NCBI GenBank assembly: GCA_964568655.1
Contig: CAZMRG010000002.1
Coordinates: forward strand, 1-60,396
Source: an uncultured Ignavibacteriales bacterium
GTDB taxonomy: Bacteria; Bacteroidota; Ignavibacteria; Tepidaquicellales; OLB5
Reading direction: 5' to 3'
DNA length: 60,396 nt
Below are positions 7,308 to 16,543 of the stretch, one piece after another. Within the stretch, counting starts at the first letter, position 1; each line of letters opens with the position of its first letter. The notes beneath the pieces are model-generated. The model searched no databases. It was given only the letters and a program-made list of their open reading frames with translations, and was not told the DNA's origin. A program made the translations under genes and the position numbers.

Positions 7308-8639
7308 ATGGATGCTTACTTAATACACCGTCTCCAGTTTTCATTTACAATAATGTTTCATTATATATTCCCGCAGCTTACTATGGGGCTTGCGCTGCTA
7401 ATTGTAATTCTGAAAATTCTGGCTGTGCGGAAAAATGACGAACATTACAATAAAGCCGCAAGGTTCTGGGCAAAGATATTCGCTCTGAACTTTGCAATCG
7501 GAGTTGTGACCGGCATTCCAATGGAATTTCAATTCGGCACAAACTGGGCGAAGTTCTCTGCATTCGCAGGCGGAGTGATAGGGCAAACGCTGGCAATGGA
7601 AGGCATGTTCGCTTTCTTCCTTGAATCGGCTTTCCTTGGATTATTTTTATTTGGCGAGAAAAAACTTGGCCCTAAGCTTCATCTTGTTTCAGCGTTTCTG
7701 GTTTTTCTGGGTTCATGGATATCAGGTTTTTTCATAATCGTAACAAATGCATGGATGCAGTTGCCTGTCGGATTTACCCGCGCGGCGGACGGAACATTTC
7801 AGCTAGCGAGTTTCAGCGAGCTGATGACGAACCCGTGGGTCTTCTGGCAATATGTGCATAACATGAGCGGCGCAGTCGTGACCGCATCATTTGTCATGGC
7901 ATCGCTTGGCGCATATTATTTGCTTTCCAATAAACACACTGAATATGCAAAAACATTCATGAAGCTTGGGATAATTACCGGAGTAATTGTTTCAATATTT
8001 CAGGCATTCCCCAGCGGCGACGGGCAGGGAAAAAACGTTGCGCTTTACCAGCCATCAACGCTCTCTGCAATGGAAGGACTTTTCGAAACAGAGAATGGCG
8101 CATCACTTGTTATATTGGGCCAGCCTGACATCGAAAAACTCACCCTCGATAATCCAATAAAAATTCCAAACCTGTTAAGCTTCCTCACTTATAACAGATG
8201 GAAAGCTGAAGTAAAAGGGCTTAAAGAATACCCGCGTGACCATTGGCCGGATAATATTCCCCTGCTCTATTATAGCTATCATATAATGGTTGGATTGGGC
8301 ACATTATTTATCGGGATTATGCTTATTGGCGCTTTTCTTTTGTGGCGTAAAAAACTTTTCACTGCCAGATGGTTTATGTGGATATTACTGTTAAGCTTCC
8401 CTTTCCCATATATTGCTAACACTGCCGGTTGGATGACCGCCGAGCTTGGCCGCCAGCCGTGGCTGATATACGGATTGCTCAGGACTTCGGAAGGCATGTC
8501 CACTCATGTAAGCTCCGGAAATGCGCTCTTCACATTGCTTGGATTTGCGGGGATATATTTGCTTCTGGGGATATTGTTTATAGTTCTTGTGATAAAAGAA
8601 ATCAATCACGGTCCTGAAAACGGAAAGGAGCATGCTTAA
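7308..8639 (+). CDS. cydA: Cytochrome bd ubiquinol oxidase subunit I.
   Basis: 443 aa. N-terminus LxRxQFxxTxxFHxxF, GWxxAExGRQPW motif, short Q-loop form. Confidence 0.95.
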   Translation: MDAYLIHRLQFSFTIMFHYIFPQLTMGLALLIVILKILAVRKNDEHYNKAARFWAKIFALNFAIGVVTGIPMEFQFGTNWAKFSAFAGGVIGQTLAMEGMFAFFLESAFLGLFLFGEKKLGPKLHLVSAFLVFLGSWISGFFIIVTNAWMQLPVGFTRAADGTFQLASFSELMTNPWVFWQYVHNMSGAVVTASFVMASLGAYYLLSNKHTEYAKTFMKLGIITGVIVSIFQAFPSGDGQGKNVALYQPSTLSAMEGLFETENGASLVILGQPDIEKLTLDNPIKIPNLLSFLTYNRWKAEVKGLKEYPRDHWPDNIPLLYYSYHIMVGLGTLFIGIMLIGAFLLWRKKLFTARWFMWILLLSFPFPYIANTAGWMTAELGRQPWLIYGLLRTSEGMSTHVSSGNALFTLLGFAGIYLLLGILFIVLVIKEINHGPENGKEHA

Positions 8640-9674
8640 ATGGGAATATTCTGGTTTGCGGCGCTTGCTTTTATGATAGCTATGTATGTTGTACTGGATG
8701 GATTTGACCTGGGCGCAGGAATAATTTTTCTTAAAGCGGCTAAGACAGATGAAGAGAGAAGAATGATATTGAGCGCAATCGGACCGGTGTGGGACGGCAA
8801 CGAAGTATGGCTTATTGCAGCCGGCGGAACGCTCTTCTTTGCATTCCCGCAATTATACGCTTCAAGCTTCAGCGGATTTTATCTGCCTTTAACTATGGTT
8901 CTATGGTTACTAATAGGCAGGGCTTTAGGCATAGAGCTAAGAAAGCACGTTGATAATTCTTTATGGAAATCTTTTTGGGACGCAGTGTTTTCAGCTTCAA
9001 GTATATTGCTTGTAGTTATATTCGGCGCAGCGCTTGGCAATATCATCCGCGGCGTACCAATTTATGAAAACGGCTATTTCTTCGAAGCTTTTTGGACGTC
9101 GTTTAAAGTCGTTCCTGAGGCAGGGATTCTGGATTGGTTCACTGTTCTAATGGCGCTTCTGGCTGTGTTTACACTTATTGCTCACGGGGCTAATTATATT
9201 GCTCTCAAAACTGAAAATGAACTGCAAAACCGCGCGCGGAAATTCTCTAAATCAGCTAACTGGGGAGCTTTATTATTATCAATTGCAGTGTTTGTTTCTA
9301 TAAATATTATCCGACCGGAAGCGTTTGGTAATTTTACAAGAAATTTCTGGGGATACATATTCCCTGCTTTGGGATTGTCAGGATTAATTGGAATGGTCTA
9401 TTTCAGAACTAAGAATAAAGATTTTAAAGCATTTTTATCATCATCGGTTTTTATTGCGGGGATGCTGGCCACTACCGCATTTGGCCTGTATCCTACTTTA
9501 TTAGCCTCTTCTATCAAGCCTGAGTTCAGTTTAACTATTCAAAATTCCAAGGCTGGCGACTATGGACTTGGCGTTGGTATGATCTGGTGGATAATCGGAT
9601 TAATTCTGGCATTTATATATTTTGCATATATGTTTTATACATTTAAAGGCAAAGTTAAAGAAGGCAATTATTAA
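8640..9674 (+). CDS. cydB: Cytochrome bd ubiquinol oxidase subunit II.
   Basis: 344 aa. The start abuts the cydA stop. It carries the DGFDLG and WDGNEVWL motifs. Confidence 0.95.
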   Translation: MGIFWFAALAFMIAMYVVLDGFDLGAGIIFLKAAKTDEERRMILSAIGPVWDGNEVWLIAAGGTLFFAFPQLYASSFSGFYLPLTMVLWLLIGRALGIELRKHVDNSLWKSFWDAVFSASSILLVVIFGAALGNIIRGVPIYENGYFFEAFWTSFKVVPEAGILDWFTVLMALLAVFTLIAHGANYIALKTENELQNRARKFSKSANWGALLLSIAVFVSINIIRPEAFGNFTRNFWGYIFPALGLSGLIGMVYFRTKNKDFKAFLSSSVFIAGMLATTAFGLYPTLLASSIKPEFSLTIQNSKAGDYGLGVGMIWWIIGLILAFIYFAYMFYTFKGKVKEGNY

Positions 9675-9854
9675 TTATTAATGACTAATTTTATGCCGCA
9701 GCCGTAATGTATTAACAACTATTCTAATTTTTTTAGAAATCACGTTTTCACAGTAACGCCGAAATAAATTATTATTAACTCTGACTTTCCATTCGTTTTT
9801 TCTCATCCATGGAAAATAACCGAAAATTATTTTTAGTATTTAAATATGAAACTC

Positions 9855-9883
9855 TTGACATCTGCAGAACATTATATTATATT
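9855..9883 (+). promoter_or_regulatory. Sigma-70-like promoter candidate, TTGACA-N17-TATATT.
   Basis: Sequence match only. It sits in a 445-bp AT-rich gap, 237 nt upstream of the 10120 gene. Confidence 0.25.
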
Positions 9884-10119
9884 TGACCATTCACTTATTT
9901 AATATGATTATGTAAATACCTTGCGAATCCTATTCATTATTTTGTGTTTATCGTAACCTTCACATTTATAAGTTAGTTCTTTTTAACTGGTCATTTTTTT
10001 TGCGTCTGCAAATCTTCGTTATTTGCGGCAATATGCTATTTCTGATTTTTAGTTCTCTTCATAAAGCTGGGAGGGGAGGGCTAAACTAAATAATTACCCG
10101 GCAAAAAAAGGAGTTAGTT

Positions 10120-10494
10120 ATGAAAACAAGATTTATCTTAAAGTCATTCACGTTGTTTTTGGCTGTATTTGCTGTTTATTTTGCTCTTACAGGCGCTTCA
10201 GGTAGTACTGATAACAGCGGGAATAAAACAGTTACCTGTGATAAGATAGTTTGCGTCACAGATGCACATGGTAATCCCGTACCAAATCAAAGCATTCACG
10301 CTTATGACATCAACGGCACAGAGGTTGCAAGCGGCACTACCGGCAAAGATGGATGCGTCGATCTGATATATACCTTTAAAGATGGAGTTAAATATAGATT
10401 TTGCGACCTTAGCGTAGCGTGTGTCACAAATTGCAAAACCGTTACTGTAACCTGTTCAACGCCCGGAATCACAATGTTCGATTGCGGTAACTAA
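10120..10494 (+). CDS. Small Cys-rich secreted protein (124 aa).
   Basis: GGAG RBS, a signal peptide and 10 cysteines in the mature part. Confidence 0.55.
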   Translation: MKTRFILKSFTLFLAVFAVYFALTGASGSTDNSGNKTVTCDKIVCVTDAHGNPVPNQSIHAYDINGTEVASGTTGKDGCVDLIYTFKDGVKYRFCDLSVACVTNCKTVTVTCSTPGITMFDCGN

Positions 10495-10520
10495 GAACGA
10501 TGAAGCTTCAGGAATTTATG

Positions 10521-10555
10521 CAGGGCCTCAAACGGGGCCCTGTTATATGTTTTCA
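10521..10555 (+). terminator. Intrinsic terminator.
   Basis: CAGGGCC-loop-GGCCCTG followed by a T-rich tail. Confidence 0.55.
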
Positions 10556-10561
10556 TCAACT

Positions 10562-11281
10562 TCAGATGCCATACGTTCTTTGCGAGAATGCCCCATTTTG
10601 AAGCAATGGAACAGATTTGCTAATGTTTAATTCGCAAGCCAGCTCAACATCTTTTTCAAATCCACGTTCAATAAGCTCGGCGCCTGATACAGTATCTTTG
10701 ATGACGCCAGGCAAGTCATCCTTAAACGTTTCGAAAACATTAAGGGCGATTTGGCTTTGTTGAGATAGTTCTCCATTCATAAAAGATATTATTGCGCCTG
10801 CGCCAATGAGATCTTCTATAGCATAACGCATTGAACCATCTTTCCATCTCTCACCTGCAGCTATAAAAGAAATATTCTTCCCTGAAACCATAGCAAACTG
10901 TGCTACAGATCCACAATTTCTGAGAGAACCACAAATAGTAATTATTTTTCCGGTGGCAAGCGATAATGCAGATCCGTTTGGGGAGGGCAAAACTAATTTT
11001 GCGCCATCAGGAATATCCAGCAATGATGAAGGAGATAATGTATAACCATTTATTATTTTTCTATCATGACTTGCGGTAACAGCTCCTAATTTACGGGCAT
11101 ATTCAGTAACAGTTTTATCTTTCCATTTGAAAGGATAGACCATCGCCCCTTTTAAAACGGCAATATCAACGCACGTGGAAAATGAAAGAACATCTACAAT
11201 AATAAAAATATCTGTTTTGCCCGACAGCTTATTTATACCATCTAAACCCCATTCACAATTTATTATGGCTTGACTGTTCAT
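10562..11281 (-). CDS. 2-phosphosulfolactate phosphatase (ComB) family protein.
   Basis: 239 aa. The IIVDVLSFST, GYTLSPSS and AAGERW segments resemble ComB-family motifs as I recall them. Confidence 0.5.
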   Translation of the reverse strand: MNSQAIINCEWGLDGINKLSGKTDIFIIVDVLSFSTCVDIAVLKGAMVYPFKWKDKTVTEYARKLGAVTASHDRKIINGYTLSPSSLLDIPDGAKLVLPSPNGSALSLATGKIITICGSLRNCGSVAQFAMVSGKNISFIAAGERWKDGSMRYAIEDLIGAGAIISFMNGELSQQSQIALNVFETFKDDLPGVIKDTVSGAELIERGFEKDVELACELNISKSVPLLQNGAFSQRTYGI

Positions 11282-11291
11282 ATCTTGTCGT

Positions 11292-11323
11292 ATTAAATAA
11301 AAGGGCGTTCTTTCGAACGCCCC
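11292..11323 (-). terminator. Intrinsic terminator of secA.
   Basis: GGGCGTTC-TTTC-GAACGCCC followed on the minus strand by TTTTATTT. Confidence 0.65.
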
Positions 11324-11356
11324 TACAATATTTTTTTTATTTCATAAGATGATGGG

Positions 11357-11396
11357 ATTGCCGCGTCGTCCCGGGTTTCCCGGGACTCCTCGCAAT
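11357..11396 (-). repeat. 3'-UTR hairpin element with ATTGCGAG...GACGCGGCAAT arms.
   Basis: The minus strand reads ATTGCGAGGAGTCCCGGGAAACCCGGGACGACGCGGCAAT, starting 4 nt after the secA stop. The same arms occur at 37325-37366. Confidence 0.75.
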
Positions 11397-11399
11397 ATC

Positions 11400-14300
11400 T
11401 TATTTATCATTCTTCCCGTGACAGTTTTTGTATTTCTTACCGCTGCCGCATGGACAAGGATCGTTGCGCCCGATTTTTGGGCCGACTTTGATTGGAATTT
11501 TTTTCGTTTCAGTCGGATCCTGGTTCTGCATGTTGTCCGACTGTTCCGGGCTCATTTTAAATCCTGCGCCGGTTGCGGAGGCTTTTGTCGTCTGCAATCT
11601 CTGCATCGCCAGTGGTCGCTGTCTTGGCTGAACCTGCGCCTGCTGCTCGCCCTGTACTGTAAATTTAAATACAAAGTTAATTACATCCTTGCTTATATCT
11701 TCAAGCATCTGGACAAACAGCTCAAAGCCGTCGCGTTTATATTCAATAAGCGGATCTTTCTGGCCGTAAGCGCGGAAGTTAATGCCTTCCTTAAGGTCAT
11801 CCATTTCCCTCAAATGTTCTTTCCACTTGTCATCAATAACAGTGAGCATCGCGAAACGTTCAATTTGAGCAATCAGGTCAGGCCCGTATTTATCTTCTTT
11901 GCGCTTGTAACTTTCTTCGATCAGGCCCATTATATGTTCCTCAAGACCTTTTTCACCCAGTTTCTGGAATTGCTCCGGGGTTACATCCATAAGAACAAGA
12001 AACGTTCTTTGCACTTCATCTCTCAGTCCCTCAATATCAGCCTCTTCATAGTACTTTACGCTGATCTTGCTTACATGGTTGCGCGCCATATCAAATATTT
12101 CATCCTTGATGCGTTCTCCCATCAGCGCCTGGCGGCGGCGATCATAAATAACTTCGCGCTGCTGATTCATTACGTTATCATATTCAAGCAGTCTTTTTCG
12201 TATTCCAAAGTTATTTTCTTCAACTTTCTTTTGAGCGCGTTCAACAGAGTTTGTGATCATCTTGTGCTCAATAGCCTCGCCCTCGCCCATCTTTAAGCGT
12301 TCCATTATCCGCGAGATTCTTTCGCTTCCAAAGAGACGCATCAGGTCATCTTCCAAAGAAAGGAAGAACTTGGATGAACCCGGATCTCCCTGGCGTCCGG
12401 CGCGGCCCCTTAACTGGCGGTCAATTCTGCGCGCTTCATGGCGCTCGGTGCCTATTATATGGAGTCCGCCAATATCGGCAATTCCGGGACCAAGCTTAAT
12501 ATCAGTTCCTCTGCCCGCCATGTTTGTGGCGATGGTAATAGAGCCCTTGAGTCCTGCATTTGCTATGATCTGGGCTTCACGCTGATGCTGCTTGGCGTTC
12601 AGAACTTCGTGCGGAATGCCTTTTCTTTTCAGCATCCTCGAAATCGTTTCTGATACATCAACCGAAGTAGTGCCTACAAGAACGGGCCTGCCGATCTTGC
12701 GCATGTTATCAATTTCTTCGATAACAGCGTTATATTTTTCACGCTTTGTTTTGTAGATAACGTCGTTAACGTCGTTGCGGATACAATCTTTATTTGTAGG
12801 GATTACAACTACATCCAGCTTATAAATATCGAGAAATTCGCCTGCTTCAGTCTCAGCAGTACCTGTCATACCTGCAAGCTTTTTATATAGCCTGAAATAG
12901 TTCTGTAAAGTAATTGTCGCCAGCGTCTGCGTGTCTTTTTCAACGTGAACGCCTTCTTTAGCTTCGATAGCCTGGTGCAAACCTTCGGAATATCTTCTGC
13001 CGGGAAGAACGCGTCCGGTGAACTCATCGACTATCATAACCTTGTTATCCTGGATAACATACTCAACGTCATTTTCATACAGCGCATAAGCTCTTAGGAG
13101 CTGCTGAACCGTGTGCAGACTGTCGCTTCGTTTTGAATATAACTCCGCAAGCTCGTCTTTTTTCCGCTGCTTTTCTTCGGCAGAAATTGTGTCGTCGTTT
13201 TCGAACTTGGCAATTTCAGAACCCATATCGGGCAGCACAAAGAAATCTTTATCTTCATTCCCCGATGTTAAAAACTCCCTGCCTTTTTCGGTAAGGTCAA
13301 TTGTATGGTTCTTTTCATCGATTGCAAAGTAAAGCTCGTCGTCTATCTCATGCATTCTGCTGGCATTATCGCGCAGGTACTCTATCTCTGTACTTTGCAT
13401 GAGCGTTTTATTTGAAGGCTCCGAAAAAAGCTTCATCAGCCTTTTATTTTTCGGGAAGCCGCGGTAAGCTCTCAGCACACAAACTCCCGCATAAGACATT
13501 TCGTCTTTTGTAGCTTCGCCGCCTTTGTTAATTATAGTTTCTGCTTCGCCCACCATCTTCGCGATCAGGTTCTTCTGGGCATCAACAATACGCTTAACGC
13601 GCGGGTTCATTTCGTCAAACTTATGCTCGCTTAGCTCAACAGGTCCTGAAATTATGAGCGGCGTTCTTGCTTCATCAATTAATACAGAATCAACTTCGTC
13701 GACAATCGCGAAATTATGCCCGCGCTGGACCATATAGTTCTTATCGACCACCATATTGTCTCTCAGGTAATCGAAACCGAATTCATTATTGGTGCCGTAT
13801 GTGATATCACAGTTGTAAGCGTCGCGGCGCTTATCGTTATCCATGTCGTTGATTATACATCCTACTGTTAGTCCATGGAATTTAAATATTTCTCCCATCC
13901 ATTCACTGTCACGTTTTGCGAGGTAATCGTTTACTGTAATAACATGGACGCCTTTTCCTGTAAGCGCATTTAAAAACATGGGAAGCGTACCGACAAGCGT
14001 CTTACCTTCGCCAGTCGCCATTTCAGCGATTTTACCCTGATGCAAAACAATACCGCCGATAAGCTGCACATCAAACGGGATCATTTCCCATTTTACTTTT
14101 GTGCCGGCGGCTGTCCACTCAGTTCCATACAGCCTGCGGCAGGTATCTTTTACGACCGCAAAAGCTTCCGGCAGAATTTCCCACAACAACGCTTCTTCAG
14201 TATCATGAAGTTCTTTATCTACATCCTCAAGCTCAGCATAGAGATCCTGTCTTTCCTGATGAGTCATTTCATTCTTTAGCTTATCCGAAAGCTCAAGAAT

Positions 14301-14489
14301 TTTGTCTTCAAATTCCCGGGTTCTTTCTTTTATCTGGTCTTTAAACCCCTGGGTCTTTTTCTTAAATTCATCATCGGAAAGGTTTTTAAATTCTTCATAA
14401 TACCCGTTAATTCCGTCAATTATGGGCCAAAGTTCCTTTACGTCCTTTTCGTGCTTAGACGGGAATAATTTTGTTATAAATTTAAACAT
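11400..14489 (-). CDS. secA: Preprotein translocase ATPase SecA.
   Basis: 1029 aa with DEAD-like motor motifs (MATGEGKT, DEVDSVLIDEARTPLIISG) and a C-terminal zinc motif, CPCGSGKKYKNCHG. Confidence 0.98.
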   Translation of the reverse strand: MFKFITKLFPSKHEKDVKELWPIIDGINGYYEEFKNLSDDEFKKKTQGFKDQIKERTREFEDKILELSDKLKNEMTHQERQDLYAELEDVDKELHDTEEALLWEILPEAFAVVKDTCRRLYGTEWTAAGTKVKWEMIPFDVQLIGGIVLHQGKIAEMATGEGKTLVGTLPMFLNALTGKGVHVITVNDYLAKRDSEWMGEIFKFHGLTVGCIINDMDNDKRRDAYNCDITYGTNNEFGFDYLRDNMVVDKNYMVQRGHNFAIVDEVDSVLIDEARTPLIISGPVELSEHKFDEMNPRVKRIVDAQKNLIAKMVGEAETIINKGGEATKDEMSYAGVCVLRAYRGFPKNKRLMKLFSEPSNKTLMQSTEIEYLRDNASRMHEIDDELYFAIDEKNHTIDLTEKGREFLTSGNEDKDFFVLPDMGSEIAKFENDDTISAEEKQRKKDELAELYSKRSDSLHTVQQLLRAYALYENDVEYVIQDNKVMIVDEFTGRVLPGRRYSEGLHQAIEAKEGVHVEKDTQTLATITLQNYFRLYKKLAGMTGTAETEAGEFLDIYKLDVVVIPTNKDCIRNDVNDVIYKTKREKYNAVIEEIDNMRKIGRPVLVGTTSVDVSETISRMLKRKGIPHEVLNAKQHQREAQIIANAGLKGSITIATNMAGRGTDIKLGPGIADIGGLHIIGTERHEARRIDRQLRGRAGRQGDPGSSKFFLSLEDDLMRLFGSERISRIMERLKMGEGEAIEHKMITNSVERAQKKVEENNFGIRKRLLEYDNVMNQQREVIYDRRRQALMGERIKDEIFDMARNHVSKISVKYYEEADIEGLRDEVQRTFLVLMDVTPEQFQKLGEKGLEEHIMGLIEESYKRKEDKYGPDLIAQIERFAMLTVIDDKWKEHLREMDDLKEGINFRAYGQKDPLIEYKRDGFELFVQMLEDISKDVINFVFKFTVQGEQQAQVQPRQRPLAMQRLQTTKASATGAGFKMSPEQSDNMQNQDPTETKKIPIKVGPKIGRNDPCPCGSGKKYKNCHGKNDK

Positions 14490-14609
14490 TATATAATTTT
14501 AGACTGTATTTTGCTATAAACCTTTAAAATAACGATTTGTTTGACAGGTTACAATTCAAAAAAAATAGATTTTGTACCTTTTGGACATTAACGCGCCTAA
14601 GGCAGAAAG

Positions 14610-15161
14610 CTATTGCCTTTTCCATTTTATACTGCAACCCATAGACGGAATTATTTCGAAGTCGATTTCCTTACTTGCAAGAAGAAGGTCAATCGCCAGT
14701 CTTAACTCATTTCTGGTTACTTTAGTTTCATCTTTCCAGTTGTCATCGATTCTGCCGCGGTACTTCAAAACCCTGTTTTCATCGTACAGATAAATATCAG
14801 GCGTACACACAGCATCGTATGCTTTAGCAATTTCCTGGGACTCATCAAACAAATACGGGAATACATATCTTTCTTCTTTTGATCTAATAGCCATATTTTC
14901 AAACGAATCTTCTGGATATGTTTCAGGGTCATTGGAACTAATAGCAATCAGCGAAAACGATTTGCCGGAATAATCTTTGGCAATTTCATTTATCCTTTGT
15001 TGTACAGCTACAACATAAGGACAATGATTACACATAAATATCATACAAAGGACTTTCTTATCGTCGAATGAATTAAGCGAATAAGTTTTGCCGTCAACGC
15101 CTTTTAGCGCAAAGGGAATCGCTTTTGTCCCTATTTTTAAATCTTCTGGAGATACTGCCAT
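14610..15161 (-). CDS. Thioredoxin-fold redoxin (AhpC/TSA-type family) protein.
   Basis: 183 aa with a CNHCPYV active-site-like motif in a thioredoxin-fold context. Confidence 0.75.
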   Translation of the reverse strand: MAVSPEDLKIGTKAIPFALKGVDGKTYSLNSFDDKKVLCMIFMCNHCPYVVAVQQRINEIAKDYSGKSFSLIAISSNDPETYPEDSFENMAIRSKEERYVFPYLFDESQEIAKAYDAVCTPDIYLYDENRVLKYRGRIDDNWKDETKVTRNELRLAIDLLLASKEIDFEIIPSMGCSIKWKRQ

Positions 15162-15252
15162 AATATTTCAATTAACAATTAACAATTACAAATAAAAAAA
15201 ATACGAATTAAATAACAGTAACTATTTACAAATAAAAAAACCTTAACAATTG

Positions 15253-15867
15253 TCAGTCTGAGCGGAGGCGAAGACCAAATTCCTTTTCAAATTTAGGGTG
15301 GTTATTTAAATCGTATTGGATTGTCTTCAATCCGATTTTTTCAGCGCCTACGCAGTTTTCTTCCAGGTCATCGATAAAAACACATTCTTCAGGCTTTGAA
15401 TTAAATAGATCCATAGCTTTTAAATAGATCTCAGGTTCTGGCTTTAGAGATTTGAGTTTATATGAAAGAGCAAAATTATCCAGTAAATTTATATATTCGA
15501 ATCTTGCTTTGATATATTCAAAATGCAGCGGACTCGTATTTGAAAGCAAATACAAATTGTATTTTCTTTCTGTCTTCAAATTTCTAACCAGTGAACTCAT
15601 CGGTTTTATTTCTGCGAACATATCGTTAAACGCGTCTGCAAATTCAGAGCCGCTCATTTTCAATCCAAGTTCATTCACGCATTTATCTACAAATTGCCGG
15701 GTGTCAATCCTGCCTGCCTCATAACCGATGTTCCTGTAATTCCCTCCCGTAAAAAAACTATTATAAAGTTTTTCTTTTACGCCGTCCGTTTCAAGCTTAT
15801 TTCTGAAATTAGCATAATTAACGTTCACTAATACATGGCCAAGGTCAAAGATAATGTTTTTTATCAC
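15253..15867 (-). CDS. HAD-superfamily hydrolase.
   Basis: N-terminal FDLGHVL (DxG/DxD-type) motif, LSNT, and the IDD motif. The last 7 codons (…GLRLRSD) lie in the hairpin repeat GTCTGAGCGGAGGCGAAGAC (15256-15275). Confidence 0.85.
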   Translation of the reverse strand: MIKNIIFDLGHVLVNVNYANFRNKLETDGVKEKLYNSFFTGGNYRNIGYEAGRIDTRQFVDKCVNELGLKMSGSEFADAFNDMFAEIKPMSSLVRNLKTERKYNLYLLSNTSPLHFEYIKARFEYINLLDNFALSYKLKSLKPEPEIYLKAMDLFNSKPEECVFIDDLEENCVGAEKIGLKTIQYDLNNHPKFEKEFGLRLRSD

Positions 15868-16362
15868 TTAAATGGCATTCTCCAGTTTCAGCATTTTCCT
15901 TTTCAGGCTGATTCCTCCGCCAAACCCGCCAATACTGTTCTTTGCCAGAACGCGGTGGCATGGAATTACGATCGGAACAGGGTTCTTGCCGCAGGCTGAA
16001 CCGGCTGCGCGGGTTGCATTCTTATTTCCTGCCCGTTTTGCAAGCTCAGAATAAGAAATTGTCTTGCCGTATTTTACTTTAGAGATCTCGACCCAAACTT
16101 TAGTCTGGAACGCTGTTCCTTTCAGGAACACTTTCATATCAAAATCTTTTCTTTTGCCTGCATAATACTGGCGTATTTGTTTTATTTCGGGAGCTAATTT
16201 GGATTTGGATTTCTTAACTTCATCATTCAAATAAGTCTTCAATATTTTCACAAACTTCTTTTCATCGTTAGAAAACTCAATGTTACAAACTCCTTTTTCA
16301 TTTTTGGCAATGAGAAATGTTCTTTTGATCTCAGGAATTTCTAAGTTATAATAGTAAACCAT
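15868..16362 (-). CDS. ogt: Methylated-DNA--protein-cysteine methyltransferase.
   Basis: 164 aa with the PCHRV active-site motif and the preceding NPVPIVI segment. Confidence 0.9.
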   Translation of the reverse strand: MVYYYNLEIPEIKRTFLIAKNEKGVCNIEFSNDEKKFVKILKTYLNDEVKKSKSKLAPEIKQIRQYYAGKRKDFDMKVFLKGTAFQTKVWVEISKVKYGKTISYSELAKRAGNKNATRAAGSACGKNPVPIVIPCHRVLAKNSIGGFGGGISLKRKMLKLENAI

Positions 16363-16485
16363 GATAATTGTCCTTTCAAAAAAACAAACGTTCTAAAATA
16401 GCCATTTATTATTAGTTTTGACGATACATCCCGATAAAGTTTGCTGATACTGAAATTTAACATATATTGTCTTCATGTTTAAGAC

Positions 16486-16520
16486 ATAAAAAAAATCCAC
16501 TCCGGAATTCCGAAGTGGAT
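16486..16520 (-). terminator. Intrinsic terminator.
   Basis: TCCACTCCGGAATTCCGAAGTGGA hairpin followed on the minus strand by T8. Confidence 0.65.
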
Positions 16521-16543
16521 TTATATGAAAAAACTCAATTATT

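Noticed and set aside
11349-12296. A 315-aa plus-strand ORF, with several shorter ones, lying antisense inside secA.
   Set aside because: It overlaps a full-length, motif-perfect SecA on the opposite strand. Its low-complexity, Leu/Phe-rich translation is typical of antisense shadows. The same reasoning applies to the other track ORFs nested antisense in guaB, GH3, pruA, sucC, hslU, rpoN, fmt and others.
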